Shown: piece by piece, positions 1-9,555 of the stretch | Layout of the letters: each line of letters begins with the position of its first letter | How positions within the stretch are numbered: the stretch's first letter is position 1 | Origin: an uncultured bacterium | GTDB taxonomy: Bacteria > Patescibacteriota > Minisyncoccia > Phycocordibacterales > UBA11359 | Reading direction: 5' to 3' | Length of the DNA: 64,000 nucleotides | NCBI GenBank assembly: GCA_903831815.1 | Contig: CAIKZC010000010.1 | Location: forward strand, 162,474-226,473 | Made by a program: the position numbers and the translations under genes | The notes under the pieces: generated by a model | Databases searched by the model: none | Told to the model about the DNA's origin: nothing | The model's input: the letters and a program-made list of their open reading frames with translations, nothing else

Positions 1-1230
1 GTATATTTTTTCCTAGGTCCAAAAAAAGAAATTTTGTATATTGGTAAAGCAACATCACTACGTGATCGTTTGAAAAGTTATTTCAGCAACGACCTCGTCA
101 TGACGCGCGGCGCGTTGGTAAATCAAATGGTTGAACAAGCCGTCGCCATTGATTTTCGAGTGACAGATTCCGTACTTGAGGCTTTGATCTTGGAAAATAA
201 TCTAATCAAAAAATATCAACCGCACGCCAACTCGCGCGAAAAGGATGATAAAAGTTTCAATCACGTAATAATTACGCGCGAAAAGTTTCCGCAAGTGCTA
301 CTTGTGCGTGGAAAAAATATTGGCAAAGAGATCCATCAACAGTTTATCAAATACGATTTTGGTCCATATCCGCAGGGTAGTCAACTTAAGGAAGCTTTGA
401 GAATTGTCCGCAAGATCTTTCCGTTTCGCGATGCACGATGTACTCCTGGACAATCGCGTCCATGTTTCAATCGACAGATCGGATTGTGTCCCGGTGTTTG
501 CACCGGCGAAGTTTCGGAAAAAGAATATGCGCGCATTATAAATCACATTAGATTGTTTTTTGAAGGTCGAAAAACGGCCTTGATCAAAACTTTGGAAAAA
601 GAAATGGCGCTGTACGCCAAAAAACGGGAATTTGAAAAAGCCGGGGAAATTAAACGTACTCTTTTTGCCTTAAGTCATATTCAGGACGTCTCGTTGGTAA
701 AAGAAGATTTTAAAGATGTAAATTATAGCGGTGGAGAAATTTTGGACAACAAAAAATCGAACGAAAAAATTTTTAGAATTGAGGCATACGATATTGCACA
801 TATGAGCGGTAAAAATATGACCGGCGCGATGATCGTTTTGGAAAATGGGGAATTTAATAAAGCTGAATATCGCAAATTTAAAATTAGAACAGTCGAACGT
901 TCCAATGATGTTGGCGCTTTGCGGGAAGTGTTGAATAGACGATTTTCGCATACTGAATGGCAGACTCCCGATGTGATCGTCGTTGATGGAAATGATGTTC
1001 AAAAAAAAGCGGCAGAGCAGATCTTAAAAGAAATAATCGCTGAAAAAACCATCGAAAAATTACCTGTAGTGGTCGCCGTAGTAAAAAACGAACATCATAA
1101 ACCGAACGCGCTCATTGGCAAATCCGAAATCATCGATGTCTTTCAAAAAGAAATTTTGCTTGCCAACAATGAAGCTCATCGTTTTGTTATCGCATATCAT
1201 AAAAAACTTCGCTCGAATATGTTTAACTAG
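1..1230 (+). CDS. uvrC: Excinuclease ABC subunit C, 5'-truncated by the window edge; short form without C-terminal HhH domains
   Basis: Frame is open from base 1 (VYFFLGPKKEILYIGKA, GIY-YIG). Also EALILENNLIK, Cys-rich CTPGQSRPC..CPGVC, UVR FEKA, RNase H-like IEAYDIAH and VVDG. Confidence 0.95.
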   Translation, partial: VYFFLGPKKEILYIGKATSLRDRLKSYFSNDLVMTRGALVNQMVEQAVAIDFRVTDSVLEALILENNLIKKYQPHANSREKDDKSFNHVIITREKFPQVLLVRGKNIGKEIHQQFIKYDFGPYPQGSQLKEALRIVRKIFPFRDARCTPGQSRPCFNRQIGLCPGVCTGEVSEKEYARIINHIRLFFEGRKTALIKTLEKEMALYAKKREFEKAGEIKRTLFALSHIQDVSLVKEDFKDVNYSGGEILDNKKSNEKIFRIEAYDIAHMSGKNMTGAMIVLENGEFNKAEYRKFKIRTVERSNDVGALREVLNRRFSHTEWQTPDVIVVDGNDVQKKAAEQILKEIIAEKTIEKLPVVVAVVKNEHHKPNALIGKSEIIDVFQKEILLANNEAHRFVIAYHKKLRSNMFN

Positions 1231-1248
1231 GGCTGTGGATATGTCTGT

Positions 1249-1277
1249 TTGACATGTTAACTAATCCAAAGTACCCT
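1249..1277 (+). promoter_or_regulatory. Sigma70-type promoter of orphan 1323
   Basis: TTGACA 1249-1254, 17-nt spacer, TACCCT 1272-1277; SD GAGGAG precedes ATG 1323. Confidence 0.55.
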
Positions 1278-1322
1278 ATAACTCGGGTTCTAGTCACTGG
1301 TCTTTTTTATTGAGGAGACGAC

Positions 1323-1658
1323 ATGCGCCAAGTGCGTAAGCCGAAGCGAAGTGCAAACGTTTGCGCCACCAAGCAACATGCTCTGGTGGAGTTTGAGTGT
1401 CCTCGCTGTCACCAGCTTCATATGGAGTTGTGGTCGAAGCAGGACAAAATCACTTCATGCACCACTCCCGGCAAAACGGAGGGGAAGAATTTCTATGTCC
1501 CGCGAATCGGCAGGGGGTCGCGTCTCGTGAGAACGTACGCCGTTACCTCCAATATCGTTGAGCTGAAGGAAGGAAAACGCGCGCCAATCATGAAGATCGG
1601 TTCTACATTGAGACGTGCGCCGCAGAGTCGAATCTTTGCCGCCAAGATGGCTGCGTGA
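1323..1658 (+). CDS. Hypothetical basic protein with a CxxC (possible zinc ribbon)
   Basis: 111-aa ORF with own promoter, SD and terminator; FECPRCH motif. Confidence 0.6.
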   Translation: MRQVRKPKRSANVCATKQHALVEFECPRCHQLHMELWSKQDKITSCTTPGKTEGKNFYVPRIGRGSRLVRTYAVTSNIVELKEGKRAPIMKIGSTLRRAPQSRIFAAKMAA

Positions 1659-1693
1659 TCGACTGATCAAGGGTTAAGGAAACAGTACACAAA

Positions 1694-1730
1694 GGGGGTC
1701 GAGCTAAACAGCTCGATCCCCGATTTTTTT
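1694..1730 (+). terminator. Intrinsic terminator
   Basis: GGGGGTCGAGCT-aaac-AGCTCGATCCCC followed by a T-run. Confidence 0.75.
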
Positions 1731-1768
1731 ATAATGAAATCGTGTTGCTCTTGTAGTATAATATTTCT

Positions 1769-2743
1769 ATGTCGCATAAAAATAGAGTGGCGGTGTTGCG
1801 TGGCGGACCATCGAGTGAATACGATGTGTCGCTCATTACTGGCGCGGCCGTTCTTGAACACTTGCCAGAAAAATATAAGGCTTTAGATATTTTAATTGAT
1901 AAACAGGGTGTGTGGCATCGTGAAGGTGTGCCAAAGACACCGCAAAAAGCGCTTCATGACGTTGATGTGGTTATAAATGCCATGCATGGAGAGTTTGGTG
2001 AAGACGGAAAGGTGCAACAAATTTTGGATGGACTTAAAGTGAAATATACCGGGTCGAGAGCTTTAGCCTCGGCTCTAGGAATGAATAAAATGCTGGCCAA
2101 GAAAGCTTTTATCGGAGCCGGTATCTTAACTCCGGAATTTTTGTATGTGGAAGTAGGGGATGATCTCATTGCTGACGCGGAAGAGATCATGAAAAATTTT
2201 TCTTTGCCGGTTGTGATAAAGCCTAATGCCGCCGGCTCGTCGGTCGGTGTCAGTATTGCAAAAGATTTCGATAGCCTCCTATACGGCCTCCGTAAAGCTT
2301 CCAAGATCAGCAAAAAAATATTGATCGAAGAGTTCATTAAGGGCAGGGAAGCGACATGTGGCGTGATCGAAAAATTTCGCAATCAGGATGTTTACAGTTT
2401 GTTGCCTGTTGAGATAACTCCGCAAGAGGATCAATCTTTTTTTGATTTCGAATCTAAATATAGTGAAACCAAAGGTGCCAAAGAAACTTGTCCGGCCAAT
2501 TTTGACCATAAAATCACGGAGGCTATTCAGAATATGGCCATTGCCGCGCACCAGGTGCTTGGACTGCGTCATTATTCTCGCTCTGATTTTATTGTTTCAC
2601 CGAACGGCATCTATATTTTAGAAATAAATTCTTTGCCAGGATTGACTCCTCAATCGCTTTTGCCAAAATCGCTGGTCGCAGTCGGCAGCTCATTTCCGCA
2701 ATTTTTAGAACATTTGGTTGAATTGGCTCTTTCCGGCAAATAA
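1769..2743 (+). CDS. ddl: D-alanine--D-alanine ligase
   Basis: GGPSSEYDVS, HGEFGEDG, KP..GSSVG, EEFIKGRE and LEINSLPG ATP-grasp motifs. Confidence 0.95.
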   Translation: MSHKNRVAVLRGGPSSEYDVSLITGAAVLEHLPEKYKALDILIDKQGVWHREGVPKTPQKALHDVDVVINAMHGEFGEDGKVQQILDGLKVKYTGSRALASALGMNKMLAKKAFIGAGILTPEFLYVEVGDDLIADAEEIMKNFSLPVVIKPNAAGSSVGVSIAKDFDSLLYGLRKASKISKKILIEEFIKGREATCGVIEKFRNQDVYSLLPVEITPQEDQSFFDFESKYSETKGAKETCPANFDHKITEAIQNMAIAAHQVLGLRHYSRSDFIVSPNGIYILEINSLPGLTPQSLLPKSLVAVGSSFPQFLEHLVELALSGK

Positions 2744-2753
2744 TTAAAAATTT

Positions 2754-3449
2754 GTGGCCAATTCAACTCAAACGTTAGTAATATCCGATATTCATTTAGG
2801 TTCGACCCTATCTTCGGTAGAGGAATTGATGTCGCTTATCAGAAATACATCTTTTGAGCGCATTATTTTGCTTGGAGATATTTTTGACGGATCGCATATT
2901 CGCCGATTCAAAAAGATTGATTGGCAATTTTTATTGTATCTGCAAAGTCTTGGCAAAAGCGGCAAAGAGATTGTGTGGGTCATTGGCAATCACGATTTGG
3001 CCGCGATCAAAAATATAAAAAAGATCAAGGATATAAAATTCGTTGAGTCATATTATTGGCAATATCGAGGAAATAATTATTGTGCCATTCACGGTCACCA
3101 GTTCGATCATATGGCCATAAAAAATCCGGTGATAAAAAAGTTTACGGGTAACCTCCACTCTATCTTTGCCAGTTATATTCGTCATAAAAAGACTGCACTC
3201 TTTTTTGCCAAAGCTCATACCAAAGTTCGCCGACTTTCGCGCAAGATCGCCGATGGAGCTATCGATTATGCAGTCAAAAACAATATCAATTATATTTTTT
3301 GTGGTCACACACATATGCCTCTAAGTTGCAAAGTCGATCTCGCCGACAAAAAACAGATCAATTATTTTAATACCGGTTCATGGATTCAGAGACCATTTTC
3401 CTATGTGACGATCGACGAGGGAGGAGTAAAGATAAACGAGTTGGCTTAA
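2754..3449 (+). CDS. Calcineurin-like metallophosphoesterase (LpxH-like family)
   Basis: SDIHLG, LGDIFD, GNHD, HGHQFD, GHTH and NTGSW motifs. Confidence 0.85.
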   Translation: MANSTQTLVISDIHLGSTLSSVEELMSLIRNTSFERIILLGDIFDGSHIRRFKKIDWQFLLYLQSLGKSGKEIVWVIGNHDLAAIKNIKKIKDIKFVESYYWQYRGNNYCAIHGHQFDHMAIKNPVIKKFTGNLHSIFASYIRHKKTALFFAKAHTKVRRLSRKIADGAIDYAVKNNINYIFCGHTHMPLSCKVDLADKKQINYFNTGSWIQRPFSYVTIDEGGVKINELA

Positions 3450-3453
3450 AGTG

Positions 3454-3527
3454 TGGACGATACTGGATTCGAACCAGTGGCCTTACGAATGTGAATCGTA
3501 TGCTCTAACCAACTGAGCTAATCGTCC
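3454..3527 (-). tRNA. tRNA-Val(CAC)
   Basis: Reverse complement GGACGATTAGCTCAGTTGGTTAGAGCA-TACGA-TT-CAC-AT-TCGTA...GGTTCGAATCC..ATCGTCCA forms a full cloverleaf; CCA is not encoded. Confidence 0.95.
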
Positions 3528-3626
3528 TTATATATTGTAGTCCTTATTATTGAACACTTTTTCGGTCGTTGCAACATTTCTAAAAATGTGCGATACTCAT
3601 TTGTACGCGTTTTTGAAGTATATTTT

Positions 3627-3699
3627 GGGCCGGTAGCTCACCTGGTAGAGCACCTCATTTGCACTGAGGGGGTAGGGGGTTCGAGTCCTCTCCGGTCCA
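3627..3699 (+). tRNA. tRNA-Ala(TGC)
   Basis: GGGCCGG..CCGGTCC acceptor stem with G3:U70; anticodon arm CCTCA-TT-TGC-AC-TGAGG; GGTTCGAGTCC T-arm. Confidence 0.95.
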
Positions 3700-3831
3700 C
3701 TATTGACTTTTTTTAAATAATATAGTAATTTAATGTTGTTAGGGTATGTTACCCTGATTGCTATCCTGAAAGGTAAGCAAGTTCATTTCAAATGTTCCCT
3801 GAAAGGGGAACGCATCTGAAAGGATGTGTGT

Positions 3832-4557
3832 ATGCTCCGTGTAAATTATGTGTATGGCCTTATGTTTGAGTGGGGCAAGGAATGGAGTCACGGTCGCGAG
3901 CCAGATCGACTGAGGAAAATTTTCCACATGATGGTCGAAGGTCGTTCGTGCGCAGATCTCTTCAAGGCAGTTCTCGAAGATTTGGAGGGTAATGGGTTCG
4001 AACGTTTTAGTCCACTCCAGATCGGTGCAGTGATAGCCTCTGTTTTCATTCTGTTTCCGAATGACGAGACTGATCGTGCTCACTTTGGAAGGGAGCTCGA
4101 GGTAGCTATCACTACCTCTAGTGAATCCGAACCAATTGAGTTTTTTCAGGGTTGTGTGGTTGGTCTCTTTAAGGCGACGGTTACTCTGAGGGAACTGAAA
4201 GATTCCAGCGAGTTTCTGGAAACCAATTTGTGGAGACTTGCTCTTCTTGCTGCAGAAAAGGCTGATTTCCACAAGAGTCAGCCCCACAGCTTCAACCACG
4301 GCGGTATGCTATCGAATGTCATCGGAGATTACTTGCGGAGCGATGATGATGAGACGCGTTGGGAGTATTTGGAGAAAGCGCTCAGTTCTTTCGCCTTAAG
4401 TCTTCCCAAGAAGAAACGTCTGGTCGAGTCTTATTCTGCTCATGGCACAACACGCTTTCTTGTCGGCGAGATGACTTACAAAATCTTTGGTCGTCGGGCC
4501 GACGAAACTGCTAGGACGGCAATGGTCTGCGATTACTTGAAACATAGGAAGCCGTAG
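3832..4557 (+). CDS. Hypothetical (orphan, probably helical) protein
   Basis: Long ORF; AAAGGA SD favours ATG 3832; TTGACT promoter at 3703; terminator at about 4583-4619. Confidence 0.7.
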   Translation: MLRVNYVYGLMFEWGKEWSHGREPDRLRKIFHMMVEGRSCADLFKAVLEDLEGNGFERFSPLQIGAVIASVFILFPNDETDRAHFGRELEVAITTSSESEPIEFFQGCVVGLFKATVTLRELKDSSEFLETNLWRLALLAAEKADFHKSQPHSFNHGGMLSNVIGDYLRSDDDETRWEYLEKALSSFALSLPKKKRLVESYSAHGTTRFLVGEMTYKIFGRRADETARTAMVCDYLKHRKP

Positions 4558-4582
4558 GCAAGTCATCATTTCTGAACAACCA

Positions 4583-4619
4583 ACCCCGGGGTATCAATCA
4601 CCCCAGGGTTTTTCTTTTT
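4583..4619 (+). terminator. Intrinsic terminator
   Basis: AACCCCGGGGT...ACCCCAGGGTT followed by TTTCTTTTT. Confidence 0.7.
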
Positions 4620-4648
4620 AAAAATTTTTTTCAATTTAACAATATCAC

Positions 4649-4685
4649 CCACAAATTGTTTCCAAAATCCGATCGGGTAGTCCAC
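4649..4685. repeat. 37-bp direct repeat, copy 1 (att-like)
   Basis: CCACAAATTGTTTCCAAAATCCGATCGGGTAGTCCAC; 34/37 identical to 7998-8034. Confidence 0.85.
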
Positions 4686-4747
4686 AAATAAAAAATGCCT
4701 TTTAAATAAGCTATAAAAACAGTTTTGTTTTTGATATACTTAAAAAC

Positions 4748-7345
4748 ATGGAGAAAATGGATAAAAGTGTTGAAAATCTAAGTGCACAGGTGGATGCTGT
4801 GTCTGAATATGCTGATCAAGAAATATCTCTACCTTCTCGTAAAGATGAATCATTAGCCATGTCTCTTGAGGAACTTAAGGCGAGATACCCTGTCCGCTAT
4901 GAGATGTATCTGAAAGTTTTAAGGGCACAACGTGGTGGAGAAATAACCGAAGAAGAAAAGGAAGATATGGTTGAAACTTTAAGAGCCTTAAATAATCTTG
5001 ATAAGTATATCGAACGACATAAAAGCAACAGTGGAGAGAGAGTTTTGAGAGATAAGCAATTCGATGTTTTTGAAGATATTAGAGATTTTTTGGAAAAAGG
5101 TGGAAAAGAGGGATACATAAAATTACCAACTGGTTCCGGTAAAACGGTGATATTCACGTTGCTTGCAGATGTGCTGGATATGAAAACACTAGTCGTTGTA
5201 CCAAAGAAAAATTTGGTTACCCAGACTAATGAACGAACTGAGCAATTTACTGGTAAGAAAGCTGGAGCGGTTTATCAAGATGAAAAAGTGTTTGATAAAC
5301 AACAGACTACCACCACTTATCAATCACTTGTTAGACAAATCGAAAGCGGCAACATGAAGCCAGAAGATTATAAACTTCTAATACTGGATGAAGCACATAA
5401 AGCTTTGGGTGATAAAAGTCTCGAAACAATTGAATTGTTTAATGATGCAATAAAGCTTGGCTTTACTGCCACACCTAAATATTCTGAGAATAGGAGTGTA
5501 TCCAATATGTTAGAAACTGAGATTCACAGCGTGACAGTAGTTGAAGCTGTAGAAGACGGCATGATTAGTCCATTTTCTGTGATTGTAGCCAAGACAAAAG
5601 TAGATATTAGCAGTGTTGAGGTGAATACTGTTGGTGAATATAGTCAGGCTGACCTTGAAAAGGCTGTCAACATTGCGAGCCGAAATAAAGCGGCAGTGGA
5701 TATTTATAAAAAAATGTTTAATGGTCAGCTCGCGCTCGCATATTGTTGTGGAGTTCAGCATGCCGCAGATGTTGCTAAAGAATTTAACGATGCGGGTATA
5801 CCAGCTATAATGATGAGTGGTGATCAGGATTTATCAGAAAAAGAAAAAAGCGATATTTTTGAAAAGTTTTCACGTGGTGAAATCAAGGTTATTACTAACG
5901 CCGATATTTTGATTGAGGGTTTTGACGAGAAAAGAGTTGGTCTCTGTTTGAATTTGCGACCGACTTTGTCACCGGTTGTTGCTGAACAGCGTGGTGGTAG
6001 AGTTTTGAGATTGAATAAGGAAGAAGACCCAAAAAAGCACGCCTACGTAATTGATTTTCTTGATGAAAATCAAAACAAAGATTTTCATCCTATTACGTTT
6101 GCGGAAATTGCTGGCGCATCGGTTGTATATGCAAAGACCCAAGATGGAAAAGATATTCCTGACAGAAATACGGAAAAAGCGGATGTAGCCAATATAAAAG
6201 TTGAAGGTCTAGAAATAGTTGTTGATTCCGAGGAAGTTATGCGCATGGTTAGAGAAATGGAGTCTCAAGCTGCCAAATTACCTCCCGAAAATTGGATCAA
6301 ATTAAATGATTTTATTGATAAAACCGCAGACACTTTTATTTTGCCGAAAGCAGAAGTGAGAAGAATGGTAGCAGAAAACAAACTTGATAAACCAGATAGT
6401 TTTGGAAGATTTAAAAGCGTTGATGGTTATTTGGGTCAATATATAAGTCCAGAACTTCAGAATGGGATTCTTGATGAATTAGGTAGTGGATTTAAAGGTC
6501 TACCCAAAGATTATCTTACTTTAGGAGCAATGAAGCACGAACTTCAATTGACGTGGACACCGACTTTTAAACGATTGTTTGAAAAAGCAAAGGAGTTGGT
6601 ACCCGATGGAGTTGTTAATCGCAGAGGTCAAGTTTATCTTAGCAAAAAATTCTTTGAAACACTCCGTGACTTGTCCAGTTCTGAAATTGCACCAGAGGAT
6701 TGGGTAACTGAAAGTGCTTTAAAAAAGATGGGTCATAACACAGCTCTTTCAGATTTATTAGATGACCTAAAAGAAGAAATGCCTGATGAAATTAAACAAC
6801 TTCGTGGAAAGAAACATGGACCTATTCCACATTATTCGCCGGCATTTGTGGCGGAATTTTATAAACGAGCAGAAGTTCTCAAACAAAACGAAGCAATTAG
6901 ATTGCAAAAGGAAAAGGAGTTGGAAGTGGCACCTAAAGATTGGTTGGATCTTAGTGATATTAGGATTGCAACAGGTCAGTCGGCAAAAGATCTGGAAGAT
7001 GCCTATAACAAATATGCTTCCGCTAATTCAAATGATAATCTGTTAGGACGACATCGTCCGAGTGCGGACAAAAAATATGAAAATTTCGTTGATCTAAGTG
7101 CTGTAGAAAGAGTTTTTGAGTCGATACTCAATAAAAAAACTTTATGGGAGAGATCCGTTGCACCTGAAGGTTGGTTGACTGCTCAGGCGATTGCGGATAG
7201 GAAGGGAATTTCACTTGAAGAAATTTATAAAAATGTAGTGGCTCTAAAACCTTCAGGAGATAAAATGATTAAGATTTACAAAGACAAGGACGGAAAGAAC
7301 AAATTCTTTTATCACCCTGATTTCGTAAAGAAGCTTATTCCGTAA
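4748..7345 (+). CDS. SF2 DEAD/DEAH-box helicase (ResIII/XPB-like) with five C-terminal repeats
   Basis: LRDKQ Q-motif, LPTGSGKT, ILDEAH, GFTATP, ILIEGFD, EQRGGRVLR; repeated (A/L)PxxW/Y units in the C-terminal third. Confidence 0.9.
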   Translation: MEKMDKSVENLSAQVDAVSEYADQEISLPSRKDESLAMSLEELKARYPVRYEMYLKVLRAQRGGEITEEEKEDMVETLRALNNLDKYIERHKSNSGERVLRDKQFDVFEDIRDFLEKGGKEGYIKLPTGSGKTVIFTLLADVLDMKTLVVVPKKNLVTQTNERTEQFTGKKAGAVYQDEKVFDKQQTTTTYQSLVRQIESGNMKPEDYKLLILDEAHKALGDKSLETIELFNDAIKLGFTATPKYSENRSVSNMLETEIHSVTVVEAVEDGMISPFSVIVAKTKVDISSVEVNTVGEYSQADLEKAVNIASRNKAAVDIYKKMFNGQLALAYCCGVQHAADVAKEFNDAGIPAIMMSGDQDLSEKEKSDIFEKFSRGEIKVITNADILIEGFDEKRVGLCLNLRPTLSPVVAEQRGGRVLRLNKEEDPKKHAYVIDFLDENQNKDFHPITFAEIAGASVVYAKTQDGKDIPDRNTEKADVANIKVEGLEIVVDSEEVMRMVREMESQAAKLPPENWIKLNDFIDKTADTFILPKAEVRRMVAENKLDKPDSFGRFKSVDGYLGQYISPELQNGILDELGSGFKGLPKDYLTLGAMKHELQLTWTPTFKRLFEKAKELVPDGVVNRRGQVYLSKKFFETLRDLSSSEIAPEDWVTESALKKMGHNTALSDLLDDLKEEMPDEIKQLRGKKHGPIPHYSPAFVAEFYKRAEVLKQNEAIRLQKEKELEVAPKDWLDLSDIRIATGQSAKDLEDAYNKYASANSNDNLLGRHRPSADKKYENFVDLSAVERVFESILNKKTLWERSVAPEGWLTAQAIADRKGISLEEIYKNVVALKPSGDKMIKIYKDKDGKNKFFYHPDFVKKLIP

Positions 7346-7424
7346 TTCTGGTAATTTCGAAATATCTGCAAAGCAAAATAAACGGCTAATTTAAGCTATA
7401 TTTTGATATTTTTAAAAAAATTGC

Positions 7425-7452
7425 TTGACAATTTCTGTGGATATGCTATGCT
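7425..7452 (+). promoter_or_regulatory. Sigma70-type promoter with extended -10
   Basis: TTGACA 7425-7430 and TG-c-TATGCT 7444-7452. Confidence 0.6.
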
Positions 7453-7594
7453 TATATCAGCAAGTAAGGGTAAGACCAGCAGGAAGCGTTTGGCTTCCGG
7501 GTATTATTCAGAAGAGAGTGCGGGTTCCTCAGGTCAGCGGAACTGCCAGCACTATTGTTCCTTGAGGTTTGTAGTCTGACAAATCGCCCCTCAT

Positions 7595-7870
7595 ATGTTT
7601 CATTCGGAAGTTGCGATGGATTGATCATCGAATGAACGAGGTTTGGCGAGGATTGCGTTTGCGAATCCATGCCTACTGCAGAGTTGCTTGATTGTATGCA
7701 GTAGCAATCTTTTTAAACGTTAGGTCCAATCTAGCAAAATTTCTCAGAACCACCACGATTTGGAGAACATCGTTGAATGGTTTGAGAGATCAGGACATTA
7801 TTGTCTGGTTTCCAAAATCTCTGTGGCCTGTGAGTCTTTGATCTTCAACTCACAAAAAACCACGATCTGA
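7595..7870 (+). pseudogene. Possible decayed orphan gene (or ncRNA) between a promoter and a terminator
   Basis: One frame from ATG about 7595 to TGA about 7870 is broken by internal TGA and TAG; it ends ...NHHDLENIVEWFERSGHYCLVSKISVACESLIFNSQKTTI. Confidence 0.35.
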
Positions 7871-7884
7871 TCGTATGAAGAATC

Positions 7885-7920
7885 AACCCCCGGATACATC
7901 ACGTGCCGGGGATTTTCTTT
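7885..7920 (+). terminator. Intrinsic terminator resembling the one at 4583
   Basis: CCCCGG-atacatcacgtg-CCGGGG followed by ATTTTCTTT. Confidence 0.65.
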
Positions 7921-7997
7921 ATATAATTAAATTACTATACTGACGATATTTCCTGAAGATTAATTAGTCAAAATATTTCTTAAAGTTTCACACTCCT

Positions 7998-8034
7998 CCA
8001 CAAACCGTTTCCAAAATCCGATCGGGTAGTTCAC
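7998..8034. repeat. 37-bp direct repeat, copy 2 (att-like)
   Basis: CCACAAACCGTTTCCAAAATCCGATCGGGTAGTTCAC; 24-nt core identical to 4658-4681. Confidence 0.85.
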
Positions 8035-8361
8035 TTGACACAACCACTGTGTATCGCAATGTAAATCAACCTCAGTAGATTCGTCTAAATACCGTGGTGA
8101 AATAATTAATCTAACCAGTATTATGAAGAATCTTAAACTATAGAGTTTAAGGATAAGAAAGATACTGGCGATGATTTTGGAGGAATAACGCTTATGTTGG
8201 CGGCAAGTATTTTACTTATCTATCTTTATTTCCAAGCAAAAAAGTTGATGCAAGAGAAATAAAATGCATTCTGCTACGGCTATCTAAGTTAGAAAGAAAG
8301 TACAAAGAAACAAAATTGTCAGATCGAAATCTGGCACATAAAATTTGAACTGGGGGAGATC

Positions 8362-9057
8362 ATGTCAGTAGCGGTGTCGATAGGTGATATAGAGTTGGAG
8401 ACTTCGTTCGGGTATCCGCTTGGATACGCAGTCAAACCAATGGAGGAACAGCTTTCGCTTCTGCGTCAACATCTCGGTTTGTCTTTTCAAGGTGATTTGG
8501 CCTCAATCACGAAAGACCGTTTTTTTTACCCCATCGAAGGCCCTTTCTTCGTTCCGAAGTGGCAGGCCGTCGGTGGAACTTATGAAAAAGCCTTCAGTAG
8601 GGTGCTCGACGCAATCGGTCGCCAGCGCTCATTTGTCAATAATTGTCCCTATTCTATGGGGCTCAATCATCTTCGCCTTACTAGGCGGGCAGTGGATTAT
8701 CATGAAATGCTTGCTCGGCGGTCGGGAGACAGCCATATTCTCGTGGTGCCGGCGCAGTTTGGTCAATATCATGCAGGTCACAGTGCGTCAGAAGCGAACC
8801 GGGTGATGCCTTTCAGAGAGTTCCCACTCGATCCATACTTAGCTGCGGTTATGCTTCTTACGCATCCGGAACGATTCAAAAACGAGGATGATCTGCGAGT
8901 TGATTGTCCCGGCTGCGAATATGATTATCCGGATGGGTCCGGGCCGTGGTCTGAAGTTCTCTGCTTTCTTAAGTTTGGCGATCAGCTTTGTCTCAGTCAT
9001 AGGTATAAAGACGATCCGCTAGGTTGCTTCGGGTCCGCTTCCGGTTTCATCGTGTAG
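8362..9057 (+). CDS. Hypothetical protein (resembles an uncharacterised Parcubacteria family)
   Basis: 231-aa ORF with GGGGGAG SD; ILVVPAQFG, MLLTHPER and GSASGF motifs recalled from CPR hypotheticals; terminator at about 9117-9157. Confidence 0.75.
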   Translation: MSVAVSIGDIELETSFGYPLGYAVKPMEEQLSLLRQHLGLSFQGDLASITKDRFFYPIEGPFFVPKWQAVGGTYEKAFSRVLDAIGRQRSFVNNCPYSMGLNHLRLTRRAVDYHEMLARRSGDSHILVVPAQFGQYHAGHSASEANRVMPFREFPLDPYLAAVMLLTHPERFKNEDDLRVDCPGCEYDYPDGSGPWSEVLCFLKFGDQLCLSHRYKDDPLGCFGSASGFIV

Positions 9058-9555
9058 CAATCTTGGGTTTTGAACTGCCGAACATTTGTTGAATCGATCG
9101 GCAAGTTCCGCCCATCGCCGGCGCAGATCGCAGTGATGCGATTTGCTCCGGTTTTTTATTGCAATATTTTTTTAGTCAAAACAAAAACCCTTTGCAGGGT
9201 TTCTGTTTGGAACAGATATATCATTGTGGGGTTACTAAAATAGTTAAAGTGGTGCTCTATTTTTATTCCAAGGAATAAATTAAGTTGAGCTCCTATTATT
9301 TTTCAAAAGTGACCCAGACATGCAATACTGTTGCCTGTGTTAAGTATACGGGCAGGTGCTTTAAATGTACCTTATCATTCTGGACAAGTTGTTTATAAAA
9401 AGTGTATGGATAAAATATTTGTTGAAATTTCCTTAAAACAAAGCATTTATATCGATATTTTTAAAATAAAAATTGTGTATAAATAAAATTAAATAAATTT
9501 GACAGTATTTTGGTTTGTAATATGCGGTGTTTGTTGACGGCTGAAACAAGTCAGA

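Noticed and set aside
2754-3449. lpxH implying lipid A synthesis
   Set aside because: Only family-level motifs are present and no other lpx genes are seen; the organism is probably monoderm.
3739-4299. 186-aa minus-strand ORF
   Set aside because: It overlaps the + strand orphan that has the expression signals.
7595-7870. Stop-codon reassignment (genetic code 25)
   Set aside because: Both TGA and TAG interrupt the frame, and TGA ends real genes such as leuS.
4649-8034. 37-bp repeats as a CRISPR array or IS ends
   Set aside because: There are only two copies, 3.3 kb apart, in direct orientation, with no transposase.
8140-8262. Short hydrophobic frame (..GGITLMLAASILLIYLYFQAKKLMQEK)
   Set aside because: Too short with no clear start context; at best a gene remnant.
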